A stretch of DNA of 24,107 nt, from assembly GCA_964507965.1 (NCBI GenBank), contig CAZDRC010000002.1:3261-27367 (forward strand), in the 5' to 3' direction. Position 1 is the stretch's first letter. Each line of letters begins with the position of its first letter. The notes under the pieces are model-generated. The model was not told the origin of the DNA and did no database searches. It was given only the letters and a program-made list of their open reading frames with translations. The translations under genes were made by a program, and so were the position numbers. Positions 9,417-18,869 of the stretch are shown one piece after another. Origin of the DNA: an uncultured Candidatus Saccharibacteria bacterium. GTDB taxonomy: Bacteria > Patescibacteriota > Minisyncoccia > Phycocordibacterales > PALSA-1337.

Positions 9417-9453
9417 GAATAAAAGAGAGACCAATGTCTCTCTTTTATTCTGC
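9414..9453. other. Perfect 18-bp hairpin immediately after tRNA-Ala
   Basis: GCAGAATAAAAGAGAGAC-caat-GTCTCTCTTTTATTCTGC. No following U-tract. Confidence 0.85.
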
Positions 9454-9506
9454 CTAAGTGACACAACTTGGACGAGAAAGGCGGAGGCGCGACGGCGCCG
9501 AGCCGG

Positions 9507-9543
9507 GGTCGCGCAAATTTTCAGCAGAAAATTATGCGTGACC
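9507..9543. repeat. GC-rich palindrome abutting att copy 2
   Basis: GGTCGCGCA-AATTTTC-agca-GAAAATT-a-TGCGTGACC. Confidence 0.8.
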
Positions 9544-9565
9544 GAGTCCTGTAGGGTCCACAGCA
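9543..9565 (+). repeat. Copy 2 of the tRNA-Ala 3'-end repeat
   Basis: Exact 23-bp match to 9394-9416. Confidence 0.95.
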
Positions 9566-9569
9566 AAAT

Positions 9570-10352
9570 TTAATAAATATAATAATACACACGAAAATCA
9601 TCTATTTTACCTCTGAAGTATCTACCTAATTCGATTCCAACACTACTATGTGATCTACCAATAGACGTTGGATTTCCACTCATATTTTCAATAGATAATA
9701 ATGGTACTGCTTCTTCTTTATCTAATTTACCATCTATAAAGAATTTATAACCTACTCCACCATCAATAAGTAGTGCTACATGAGTCCATTTATTTAAAGG
9801 GATAATTGCATTTGATGTTGGCCAGTAATTTGAATTTATAATGTTACTATAATCTCTTGTCATTATTCTTAATCTTCTTGATGGATCTATAGCAAAATAT
9901 AGAATACCTGGTAAACCATTTGCTATCATTCTATAGTCACCAGAGTGCTCTGTAGGATATATCCACGTAGTTATAAGTATTGCCCCCTGAGCGCCTCCGA
10001 CTAGATCTGCTCGCGCTCTCAAATCAGTTGTTAAAACATAATTTGTTCCATTGAAGTCTAAAGCATTCCTTAATATACCGTCTGTCCATGTTGGATTATT
10101 TATGAGACTGGCATCAGTTCCATCAGCAGTATTGGCTGTTTGTGATCCAGACCCTTCATCTAGAGATAACATAAGAATAGCATTTGCACCATTTATTGAG
10201 TGCATCTGTGTATGGAATGCTTGTCCTGATGCTATTCTAGCTTTTTCTCTTGCAGTATTTAGACTTGAAAGGACTACACTAGATAATAAACCAATTATAG
10301 AGATAACTACTAATAATTCAATTAAAGTGAAACCCTTATATCTATTTGACAT
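9570..10352 (-). CDS. Prepilin-type N-terminal cleavage/methylation protein with a LamG/concanavalin-A-like C-terminal domain
   Basis: KG|FTLIELLVVISIIGLLSSVV class III signal. LamG-like motifs ALDFNGTNYV, ITTWIYP, LNKWTHVAL, FFIDGKL, YFRGKIDDFRVY. Confidence 0.9.
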   Translation of the reverse strand: MSNRYKGFTLIELLVVISIIGLLSSVVLSSLNTAREKARIASGQAFHTQMHSINGANAILMLSLDEGSGSQTANTADGTDASLINNPTWTDGILRNALDFNGTNYVLTTDLRARADLVGGAQGAILITTWIYPTEHSGDYRMIANGLPGILYFAIDPSRRLRIMTRDYSNIINSNYWPTSNAIIPLNKWTHVALLIDGGVGYKFFIDGKLDKEEAVPLLSIENMSGNPTSIGRSHSSVGIELGRYFRGKIDDFRVYYYIY

Positions 10353-10489
10353 ATATATATATTATAGTATTAATATTTGTATTATACAAAGACTTACCCC
10401 TGTATGAAGTAAGAACACTTTTAAATGTGATGAATAAATTAAAGAAATAATCTATCGTCGAGGAGAAAGTTGGAGCGAGCGTAGGCGAG

Positions 10490-10510
10490 CGAGTCCTGTA
10501 GGGTCCACCA
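10490..10510 (+). repeat. Copy 3 of the tRNA-Ala 3' end, terminating in A-CCA
   Basis: CGAGTCCTGTAGGGTCCACCA. Confidence 0.93.
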
Positions 10511-10592
10511 CAATTGACTTTATCATATTAGGGTGTACTGTAATATCAGATTGACAATCAAACTTAACCGTAGAAATACAGGATAAATAGTT

Positions 10593-11531
10593 ATGAAACA
10601 TATACTTCGTTCACAGCAATTCGATAGATTTGCTTTAGAGAAATTATTCAAGGATACCGATGAACTTGGTGTCCAGTATGATCATCCTGAGGGAAGAACA
10701 GCATTGAGGAATGAGTGTGAAGGGAAGCTTCTCTTTGCTGTTTTTTATGAGCCATCGACACGGACAAGATTTTCATTTTGTTCTGCGGCGCATCACCTCG
10801 GTATGCATTCGATACAGACAGAGAATGCCAGAGAATTCTCTTCGGCAGTGAAGGGTGAGACTCTGGAAGATACTACAAATGCTCTCTGTCAATATGATCC
10901 AGATATTCTGGTTCTACGTCACCATGAGACCGGTGGTGCAGATAGAGCTGCTTCTATCGTGGATATGTATGACTATAGAACTTCCATAGTGAATGCTGGT
11001 GATGGTAGTGGACAGCATCCTACTCAGGCATTACTCGATCTCTATACTATACGTAGAGAGCTTGGTAGAACTCATGATATTACTGTGACTATCGGTGGTG
11101 ATCTAGTGAATGGTCGCACGGCCAGGTCATTGGTCTATCTTCTAACAAAGTACGAAAAGGTCAGATTTATTTTCATCTCCCCAGCGAATCTCAGAATGGG
11201 GGAAGACATTATTGCTCATCTTCAAGAACATGATAGTCCATTCGTCGAGACTGAGGAAATGGAATTGGCTTTGAGTACATCTGACATTGTCTACTGGACT
11301 CGTGTTCAGAAGGAGCGCGGAGGTGTGAATAGTACACTCAATCTACGTATTGGAATGCCGGAGATGCAAATGATGAAGAAAGATGCAGTCCTTCTCCATC
11401 CACTTCCTAGAGTTGAAGAGATAGCCAAGGAAGTTGATTCTGATCATAGAGCTGCCTATTTCCGACAGGTGAGGAATGGTATGCTCATACGCATGGCCTT
11501 GCTCAGGGATCTTTGTACTTCAGGGCGGTAG
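10593..11531 (+). CDS. pyrB: Aspartate carbamoyltransferase catalytic subunit
   Basis: FYEPSTRTRFSF, KGETLEDT, NAGDGSGQHPTQALLD, GDLVNGRTARS, YWTRVQKER, LLHPLPR. Confidence 0.96.
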   Translation: MKHILRSQQFDRFALEKLFKDTDELGVQYDHPEGRTALRNECEGKLLFAVFYEPSTRTRFSFCSAAHHLGMHSIQTENAREFSSAVKGETLEDTTNALCQYDPDILVLRHHETGGADRAASIVDMYDYRTSIVNAGDGSGQHPTQALLDLYTIRRELGRTHDITVTIGGDLVNGRTARSLVYLLTKYEKVRFIFISPANLRMGEDIIAHLQEHDSPFVETEEMELALSTSDIVYWTRVQKERGGVNSTLNLRIGMPEMQMMKKDAVLLHPLPRVEEIAKEVDSDHRAAYFRQVRNGMLIRMALLRDLCTSGR

Positions 11532-11549
11532 CCCAACTATTCAATTTAT

Positions 11550-11585
11550 GTCCCAATAGTCTTTATACTAGTTGGGACTTTTTTT
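11550..11585 (+). terminator. Intrinsic terminator of pyrB
   Basis: GTCCCAATAGT-ctttat-ACTAGTTGGGAC followed by T7. Confidence 0.8.
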
Positions 11586-11592
11586 AATTTAT

Positions 11593-11632
11593 AAAAAAAC
11601 ATACCCCCGAGCCTTGTGGGCAGGGGGGTGTG
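11593..11632 (-). terminator. Intrinsic terminator on the minus strand
   Basis: CATACCCCC...GGGGGTGTG stem with A7 at 11593-11599 (U-tract on the minus strand). Confidence 0.75.
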
Positions 11633-11659
11633 TGTGGTCGTTTCAGGACATGGTAGTCC

Positions 11660-11827
11660 TTACTCTTTGACCGTATTCTTCGGAAGTTTTTTTAGCACTT
11701 CTTCCGTCCTCCTTTTATGCTCGTCTCTTATAAAACGAGTCATAAAGAATTCTTTTTCCTCTACTGTACGATCTGGAAAAAGTAATCCGAAACTTTCCGA
11801 CATTGGCTCGCAAACTTCAAGGATCAT
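11660..11827 (-). CDS. Small charged hypothetical protein, 55 aa (MILEVCEPMSESFGLLFPDRTVEEKEFFMTRFIRDEHKRRTEEVLKKLPKNTVKE); not in the ORF track
   Basis: GGGGGA SD-like site 3 nt before ATG, TGaTAGAAT -10 at 11873-11878 on the minus strand, and a downstream terminator at 11593-11632. Confidence 0.6.
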   Translation of the reverse strand: MILEVCEPMSESFGLLFPDRTVEEKEFFMTRFIRDEHKRRTEEVLKKLPKNTVKE

Positions 11828-11941
11828 CTATCCCCCAATGGTTGATGTTAACCGCCACTTAATTCTGTTAATATTCTATCATACTTCTAGTCTATGCAAG
11901 TCTCTTCACTTTTCCACATATTTAATATAATATAATTCAAT

Positions 11942-12067
11942 ATGGAAACAGCAATGAAAATGATCAGTTTCATTCTATGGGCCACAGTTGCCGTACTTGT
12001 CGTACCATGTCTTCTCGTATCGACCTTTATCTATCCCGCTTGGGATAAATGGGGGGAGAAATTCTAG
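11942..12067 (+). CDS. Small single-TM membrane peptide, 41 aa (METAMKMISFILWATVAVLVVPCLLVSTFIYPAWDKWGEKF); not in the ORF track
   Basis: TATAAT at 11931-11936, 5 nt before ATG. About 24 hydrophobic residues followed by a Trp-rich charged tail. Confidence 0.65.
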   Translation: METAMKMISFILWATVAVLVVPCLLVSTFIYPAWDKWGEKF

Positions 12068-12082
12068 AATTAGGCAGAATAG

Positions 12083-12110
12083 TTGACAAATTCCCATATT
12101 CCTGTATACT
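12083..12110 (+). promoter_or_regulatory. Near-consensus sigma70 promoter for the RRM gene
   Basis: TTGACA (12083-12088), 16-nt spacer, TATACT (12105-12110). Confidence 0.75.
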
Positions 12111-12169
12111 TCCATGGTAAGTTTTCCTAGTCGCTTACGTTTATATTTAAAGACGAGGTTAAAAAGAAA

Positions 12170-12469
12170 ATGGCAAAGAAGCTATATGTAGGAGGTATTT
12201 CTTACGGTACTAGCGAAGATACGCTGAAGAAGCACTTCGAAGCTGCCGGAGCAGTCGAATCAGCAAGCATAATCATGGACAAGATGACAGGCCGATCAAA
12301 AGGCTTTGGATTCGTCCAAATGGCAAATGATGCTGAGGCAGACAACGCTATTAATATGTTTAATGGCAAAGAGCTCGAAGGAAGATCTCTTACTGTTAAC
12401 GAGGCTCGCCCTATGGAGCCACGTGCTCCTCGTGGAAACAGCAGAGGAGAAGGACGTAGCAACTGGTAA
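12170..12469 (+). CDS. RRM-domain RNA-binding protein
   Basis: RNP2 LYVGGI, RNP1 KGFGFVQM, LTVNEARP and an Arg/Gly tail. Confidence 0.95.
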   Translation: MAKKLYVGGISYGTSEDTLKKHFEAAGAVESASIIMDKMTGRSKGFGFVQMANDAEADNAINMFNGKELEGRSLTVNEARPMEPRAPRGNSRGEGRSNW

Positions 12470-12489
12470 TATCAGACTCGTCTAATCAA

Positions 12490-12525
12490 ACAAAAAACAC
12501 TATTCTTCTGAATAGTGTTTTTTGT
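12490..12525. terminator. Bidirectional terminator between the RRM gene and LOG
   Basis: ACAAAAAACACTATTC-ttct-GAATAGTGTTTTTTGT, a perfect 16-bp stem. Confidence 0.85.
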
Positions 12526-12543
12526 CTATTAACCTTCTACTTA

Positions 12544-13221
12544 TTAATCAATATTTTCCCACCATTTCGATATTGGAGCTGTTTTTATTATTTCTATAAC
12601 TTTATCTAAATTATCTGTGACTATGAATAGGTCTAGATCATCTGGAGATATAGCATGATGTTTCTCTAACATATATGATGAAATGAAATTCCTGAATGCA
12701 TTCCAATAATCTTTACCTACTAGTATCATCGGTACTCTCGGTATTTTATTAGTTTGTATTAGAGTAATAATAGTGAAGAATTCATCGAATGTTCCATATC
12801 CACCAGGGAAGAATACGAATGACTCGGCGGAGAAAGCAAGCATTGCTTTCCTAATGAAAAAGTATTTGAAATTAACATCATGATCTAAATAGGCATTCTT
12901 ATGCTGTTCATTCGGAAGGTAGATAGTGAAACCTACAGAATTACCTTGTGCTTCCTGTGCACCGAGATTAGCTGCAGACATTATCCCTGGTCCACCACCT
13001 GTTATCACTGTGTATTCCAATTCTTTAGCAATACGATATGCTAATTCCTGTGCTTGTCTATAATGTGGACTGGCTGGAGTAGAATGAGATGAACCAAATA
13101 TTGTTACAGATTTCGGATATTTCTTCATTTCTTCGAAACCATTTTTGAACTCCTTACCTATCTCCTCCATATGCTCGTGGATATTCTCATTTATTTCTTG
13201 CTTTGATAACTTACTATTCAT
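12544..13221 (-). CDS. LOG family (TIGR00730-like) nucleotide phosphoribohydrolase
   Basis: VTIFGSS, ITGGGPGIM, FKYFFIRK, PGGYGTFDE (PGGxGTxxE motif). Confidence 0.92.
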   Translation of the reverse strand: MNSKLSKQEINENIHEHMEEIGKEFKNGFEEMKKYPKSVTIFGSSHSTPASPHYRQAQELAYRIAKELEYTVITGGGPGIMSAANLGAQEAQGNSVGFTIYLPNEQHKNAYLDHDVNFKYFFIRKAMLAFSAESFVFFPGGYGTFDEFFTIITLIQTNKIPRVPMILVGKDYWNAFRNFISSYMLEKHHAISPDDLDLFIVTDNLDKVIEIIKTAPISKWWENID

Positions 13222-13248
13222 TTTGTTTTATTTATATTATAGGTATAG

Positions 13249-14577
<1,329 letters not shown>

Positions 14578-14581
14578 TCAA

Positions 14582-15580
14582 CTAAATCTCCCTCGGTTTA
14601 TAGTCATCTGGTGCTCTCTTGAGCCACCAATCAAATTGATCAAGAGTAAGAAGCCCTTCTTGTGCACCGACATACTGCACTACAGACATAGGATTCACAG
14701 GTGCCCAAAGCAATGCTTCTAATGGAGATTTCCCCATATGTATAGCAGAGGTGAAGGTAGAAGCAAAGGCATCTCCACAACCAGTGCGTTCTACTGGAGG
14801 CTTCGGATCTGGATATATTGGCATATAATAGAAATGTTCACCATCTAGCATATAGGCGCCTTTTGGTCCATCTGTTATGAGTACTATCTTCGGCCCTAAT
14901 GCATGCATTTCTGCTAATAATTTTTTTATATCTTTTGTATTATTTTCCAATATTCTCTGTGATTCTTCTACATTGCATACGAAAATCTCACTATGACGAT
15001 ATATTTCTCTTAATTTATTCACACCCAATTTCATCTGGAATGTTCCAGGCTGGAAAACTAATTTCACATCTTTATGATTATCAAGATATTTCAATATTTC
15101 TAAATGATAATCATAACTATTAGATGCAAGAGATGAGAGATATATCCATTTCGGAGTTTTTATTGATCTAGGAAGGGAATAATCATATTCAATATGATTC
15201 ACTAATATTGTACGGTCATCTGTATACCATAATACGAAATGATAATTAGTAGGCTTTCCATGATGCTTTTTCATGTATCTTGTATCTACTTTATTCTTTT
15301 TTAATTCATTTATACAATCTGTACCATTATCATCATTTCCTATATTTGCCATAAGACTAGATCGTAGACCTAGACGTGCTGCAGATACGGTAGCATTGGC
15401 AGAATTCCCAACAGCCTTCAATACCTTCACATATTCGAAAGGTACCTTATCACCGAAGCGCATACATAGCTCACAATTCTCTTTATTTATATTGCAATTT
15501 ATATGAGCATCCTTTATCCTGATGAAAGCATCAGTAGTAATATCCCCAATTCCTAAAAAATCAATATCTTTTCCAAACAT
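14582..15580 (-). CDS. PfkB family carbohydrate kinase
   Basis: GNSANATVSAARLG, FQPGTFQ, ITDGPKG, ERTGCGDAFAS (DxxGAGD-type signature). Confidence 0.9.
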   Translation of the reverse strand: MFGKDIDFLGIGDITTDAFIRIKDAHINCNINKENCELCMRFGDKVPFEYVKVLKAVGNSANATVSAARLGLRSSLMANIGNDDNGTDCINELKKNKVDTRYMKKHHGKPTNYHFVLWYTDDRTILVNHIEYDYSLPRSIKTPKWIYLSSLASNSYDYHLEILKYLDNHKDVKLVFQPGTFQMKLGVNKLREIYRHSEIFVCNVEESQRILENNTKDIKKLLAEMHALGPKIVLITDGPKGAYMLDGEHFYYMPIYPDPKPPVERTGCGDAFASTFTSAIHMGKSPLEALLWAPVNPMSVVQYVGAQEGLLTLDQFDWWLKRAPDDYKPREI

Positions 15581-15616
15581 ATATGATAGAATTATAACAT
15601 ATAAATAAAAAAAATA

Positions 15617-16486
15617 ATGAAAAATCTACAAGAATATATAAAATGGGCATTAGAGAATAAAAAAGCAATAGGACATTTCAATATTTCTAATACAGAGGGC
15701 TTCTGGGCTGTGGTACTCGCTACGAAGGAACTCCAAGTACCAGTTATTATAGGTGTATCAGAAGGTGAGAGAGATTTTATTGGTATTAGGGAAATAGCAA
15801 GTATTGTAAAGACATATAGAGAGTATACTGGTGAGCCAGTTTTTCTCAATGCTGATCATACATATTCATTCGATAGAGTTAAAGAAGTAGTAGATGCTGG
15901 ATTCGATGCTGTAATATTCGATGGCACAGAGCTTTCTCTAGATGAGAATGTTGAAGTTACAAAGAAATGCATAGAATATGCGAAATCAAAGAATCCTAAT
16001 ATGCTTATTGAAGCAGAAATAGGTTTTATTGGTAAGAGTTCCAAAGTCCTTTCTGAGATTCCAAAAGGTGTGAATATTACAGATGAATATCTAACAACAG
16101 GAGAACAAGCCAAGGATTTCGTAATTAAGACAGGTGTAGATCTACTCGCTCCAGCTGTTGGTAATATACATGGAATGCTCAAAGGTGGGAAAAATCCAGC
16201 TTTGAATATAAAGAGAATTGGTGAAATACATGAAGTAGCTGGTGTACCTCTAGTTCTTCATGGTGGATCTGGTAATTCCAATGAAGATATTACAGGAGCT
16301 ATAGATAATGGTGTAGCTATAGTACATGTGAATACTGAGCTACGCGTAGCATATAGAGTCGGTCTTATGAAGTCTCTGCAAGAGAATCCAGATGAAATAT
16401 CACCTTATAAATATCTGAAGGGTGCTAGAAATGCCATGCAGAAAGTCGTAGAAGATAAATTAAGAGTATTTAATAAAATAAAATAA
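15617..16486 (+). CDS. fba: Class II fructose-bisphosphate aldolase
   Basis: GHFN, NADH, EAEIG, AVGNIHG, LVLHGGSG, VNTELR; the metal-binding histidines are present. Confidence 0.93.
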   Translation: MKNLQEYIKWALENKKAIGHFNISNTEGFWAVVLATKELQVPVIIGVSEGERDFIGIREIASIVKTYREYTGEPVFLNADHTYSFDRVKEVVDAGFDAVIFDGTELSLDENVEVTKKCIEYAKSKNPNMLIEAEIGFIGKSSKVLSEIPKGVNITDEYLTTGEQAKDFVIKTGVDLLAPAVGNIHGMLKGGKNPALNIKRIGEIHEVAGVPLVLHGGSGNSNEDITGAIDNGVAIVHVNTELRVAYRVGLMKSLQENPDEISPYKYLKGARNAMQKVVEDKLRVFNKIK

Positions 16487-16505
16487 TAATTTACAAATAA
16501 TTCCT

Positions 16506-17477
16506 ATGAAAAATATATTTATAACAAGAAAGATATTGGATGCGGGGGTGAAGATGCTCACTGATAAAGGATATAATGTAGATATTAGTCCAGAGAATAG
16601 ACCTTTGAAGAAAAGCGAAATAATACATTTCCTTAAACAGAAGGAATACGATGGTGTACTCACTCTTCTTACAGATCAGATAGATGCTAGTGTTATGGAC
16701 GCAGCTCCGACAGTGAAGATATATGCTAATTATGCAATTGGATATAATAATATAAAGATAGATGAAGCAAAGAAAAGAAATATCTATATTACCAATACCC
16801 CCGGCGGTGGCGCAGATAGGGTATCAGAACATACTTGGGCTCTAATTCTTGCTCTTACATGTAGGATAGTAGAGGGTGATGCTATGATGAGGAAAGGTAA
16901 ATGGAAGGGTTGGGATCCGATGAATCTACATGGTATAAGACTTCATGGTAAGACTCTAGGTATAATAGGTACAGGTAAAATAGGTTCTGAAGTAGCAGAG
17001 AAAGGTAAGAAAGCCTTTGGTATGAATATTGCCTATTATGATATTACAAAAAATGAGAATCTAGAAAGAGAACTCGGAGCGACATTCTATAGTTCTCCAG
17101 AAGAGGTATTGAAGATTGCTGATATTATATCTCTACATGTTCCACTCCTTCCCACTACCAAGCATCTTATAAATACTGAAAGACTCAGTATGATGAAGAA
17201 AAGTGCATATCTAGTGAATACTTCCCGTGGACCTGTTGTGGATGAGAATGCTCTTGTACATGCATTGACAAATGGTATAATCAGAGGAGCAGGACTAGAT
17301 GTCTATGAGAAAGAACCGAAGACAGCAAAAGGCCTCCGTAAACTTCCGAATGTAGTGATGACTCCACATATCGCTTCTGCTACAGAAGATGCTAGGTATG
17401 ATATGGCCATGCTCTCCACTGGGAATATAATAGACTGTATGGAGGGTCGTGTTCCTAGGAATAATGTAATAAAATAA
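16506..17477 (+). CDS. D-isomer-specific 2-hydroxyacid dehydrogenase (glyoxylate reductase/D-glycerate dehydrogenase-like)
   Basis: GIIGTGKIG Rossmann motif and the VNTSRG, LDVYEKEP, TPHIASAT Arg/Glu/His triad. Confidence 0.92.
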   Translation: MKNIFITRKILDAGVKMLTDKGYNVDISPENRPLKKSEIIHFLKQKEYDGVLTLLTDQIDASVMDAAPTVKIYANYAIGYNNIKIDEAKKRNIYITNTPGGGADRVSEHTWALILALTCRIVEGDAMMRKGKWKGWDPMNLHGIRLHGKTLGIIGTGKIGSEVAEKGKKAFGMNIAYYDITKNENLERELGATFYSSPEEVLKIADIISLHVPLLPTTKHLINTERLSMMKKSAYLVNTSRGPVVDENALVHALTNGIIRGAGLDVYEKEPKTAKGLRKLPNVVMTPHIASATEDARYDMAMLSTGNIIDCMEGRVPRNNVIK

Positions 17478-17501
17478 AGTTAATATTAATTATTAAAAAT
17501 T

Positions 17502-17711
17502 ATGTCAAATGTAGAATTCGATACAGATTCACAAGCGATAAATTATGCTTATCAACAGCAGATGAATCCTAAACCACATGGTGGTATTACTGGTTTGATT
17601 ATAAAGATGAAATTAGCAAATGATGAAGCTGGAGCAAAGGCTGTTCTTATCGGAATTTTCATTGTTAATATTTTAATTACTGGTTTCGTATTATTTTATT
17701 ATATTCTATAG
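17502..17711 (+). CDS. Small membrane protein with a C-terminal TM helix
   Basis: Hydrophobic C-terminus AVLIGIFIVNILITGFVLFYYIL. Confidence 0.7.
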   Translation: MSNVEFDTDSQAINYAYQQQMNPKPHGGITGLIIKMKLANDEAGAKAVLIGIFIVNILITGFVLFYYIL

Positions 17712-17734
17712 TTCTATTAATAGATTTATAATAA

Positions 17735-18274
17735 ATGAAGAACAAAAGCAACAATAATGCCTTCACCCTCATTGAACTTCTAGTAGTTATTTCTATAATT
17801 GGTCTGCTTTCTACTGTAGTGCTAGCAAGTCTAAATACGGCGAGAGGCAAGGCGAGGGATGCGAGACGTATGAGTGATCTGAATCAGATAAAGAATGCAC
17901 TCATTTTTTATTATGATAAATATGGGAATTATGTTTCAACGGGAAGTGGTTGTGGATGGCAAGGTGGAGGTTTAGGTTGGTTTAATGCTTCAAATGGTGA
18001 CCCATTATCATACCCAGCATCTATTACTTCATGCTTAGTCGGTGCAGGTTTTTTGCCTAGTGAAATTAAGGACCCTACTGGTAGTGTTTCTGGATCGACT
18101 CCAAGTAATACTGTCTATAGTTATATGAAATATGATTGTACTATTAGTGGTCAGCGAACAGTCTATGTATATGCTAAATTAGAGACATTATCTCAGAGTG
18201 CTACAGCTACTGATGGAACATGTGATTCAACATTAGATACAACTTATGGTATGAATTATTTTGTTAAAATATAA
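17735..18274 (+). CDS. Type IV pilin/GspG-like prepilin, copy A
   Basis: NA|FTLIELLVVISIIGLLSTVVLASL...ARDARRMSDL...DP; four Cys. Confidence 0.92.
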   Translation: MKNKSNNNAFTLIELLVVISIIGLLSTVVLASLNTARGKARDARRMSDLNQIKNALIFYYDKYGNYVSTGSGCGWQGGGLGWFNASNGDPLSYPASITSCLVGAGFLPSEIKDPTGSVSGSTPSNTVYSYMKYDCTISGQRTVYVYAKLETLSQSATATDGTCDSTLDTTYGMNYFVKI

Positions 18275-18283
18275 TATATATAC

Positions 18284-18826
18284 ATGTATAAAAACACATC
18301 CAAAGCCTTCACCCTCATCGAACTTCTGGTTGTTATTACTATTATCGGTTTACTTTCTACTATCGTGCTAGCGAGTCTAAATACTGCGAGAGGGAAAGCG
18401 AGGGATGCAAGACGTATGAGTGATTTGAATCAGATAAAGAATGCACTTATTTTTTATTATGATAAATATGGGAATTATGTTTCAACAGGTAGTGGATGTG
18501 GCCAGAATGATGATGGTTTTGGTTATTTTAATCTTAATTTATCAAATGATGATCCATTTGCATACTTTAAAAGTATTGCCTTATGTTTAGTCGATGCTGG
18601 TTTTCTACCAAGTGAAATAAAAGATCCCACTGGTGGTATTTCCGGATCAACCCCAGGTAATAATATTTTCAACTATATGAAATATGATTGTACTATTGAT
18701 GATCAACTGACAGTCTATGTATATGCTAAATTAGAGACATTACCTCAGAGCACTACAGCAACAGATGGAACATGTCAACCGACTTTAGATACGGTGAACG
18801 GTATGAATTATTTTGTTAAAATATAG
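18284..18826 (+). CDS. Type IV pilin/GspG-like prepilin, copy B (tandem paralog)
   Basis: KA|FTLIELL; colinear with copy A and has the same four Cys. Confidence 0.92.
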   Translation: MYKNTSKAFTLIELLVVITIIGLLSTIVLASLNTARGKARDARRMSDLNQIKNALIFYYDKYGNYVSTGSGCGQNDDGFGYFNLNLSNDDPFAYFKSIALCLVDAGFLPSEIKDPTGGISGSTPGNNIFNYMKYDCTIDDQLTVYVYAKLETLPQSTTATDGTCQPTLDTVNGMNYFVKI

Positions 18827-18869
18827 TAGTTTTCAATATTACAAATTAATCTTAGTATTATTCAAATAC

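Larger units (their letters stand above)
9394..10510. mobile_element. Putative integrase-less islet (two nested cassettes) at tRNA-Ala
   Basis: Bounded by direct repeats of the tRNA T-loop/3' end. No recombinase is encoded, so mobility is inferred. Confidence 0.55.

Noticed and set aside
9394-10510. Three direct repeats as a CRISPR array
   Set aside because: The spacing is unequal and far too long (149 and 947 bp), the repeat is a tRNA end, and there are no cas genes.
11616-11930. 104-aa plus-strand ORF
   Set aside because: It starts inside a terminator hairpin and is antisense to a better-supported 55-aa gene.
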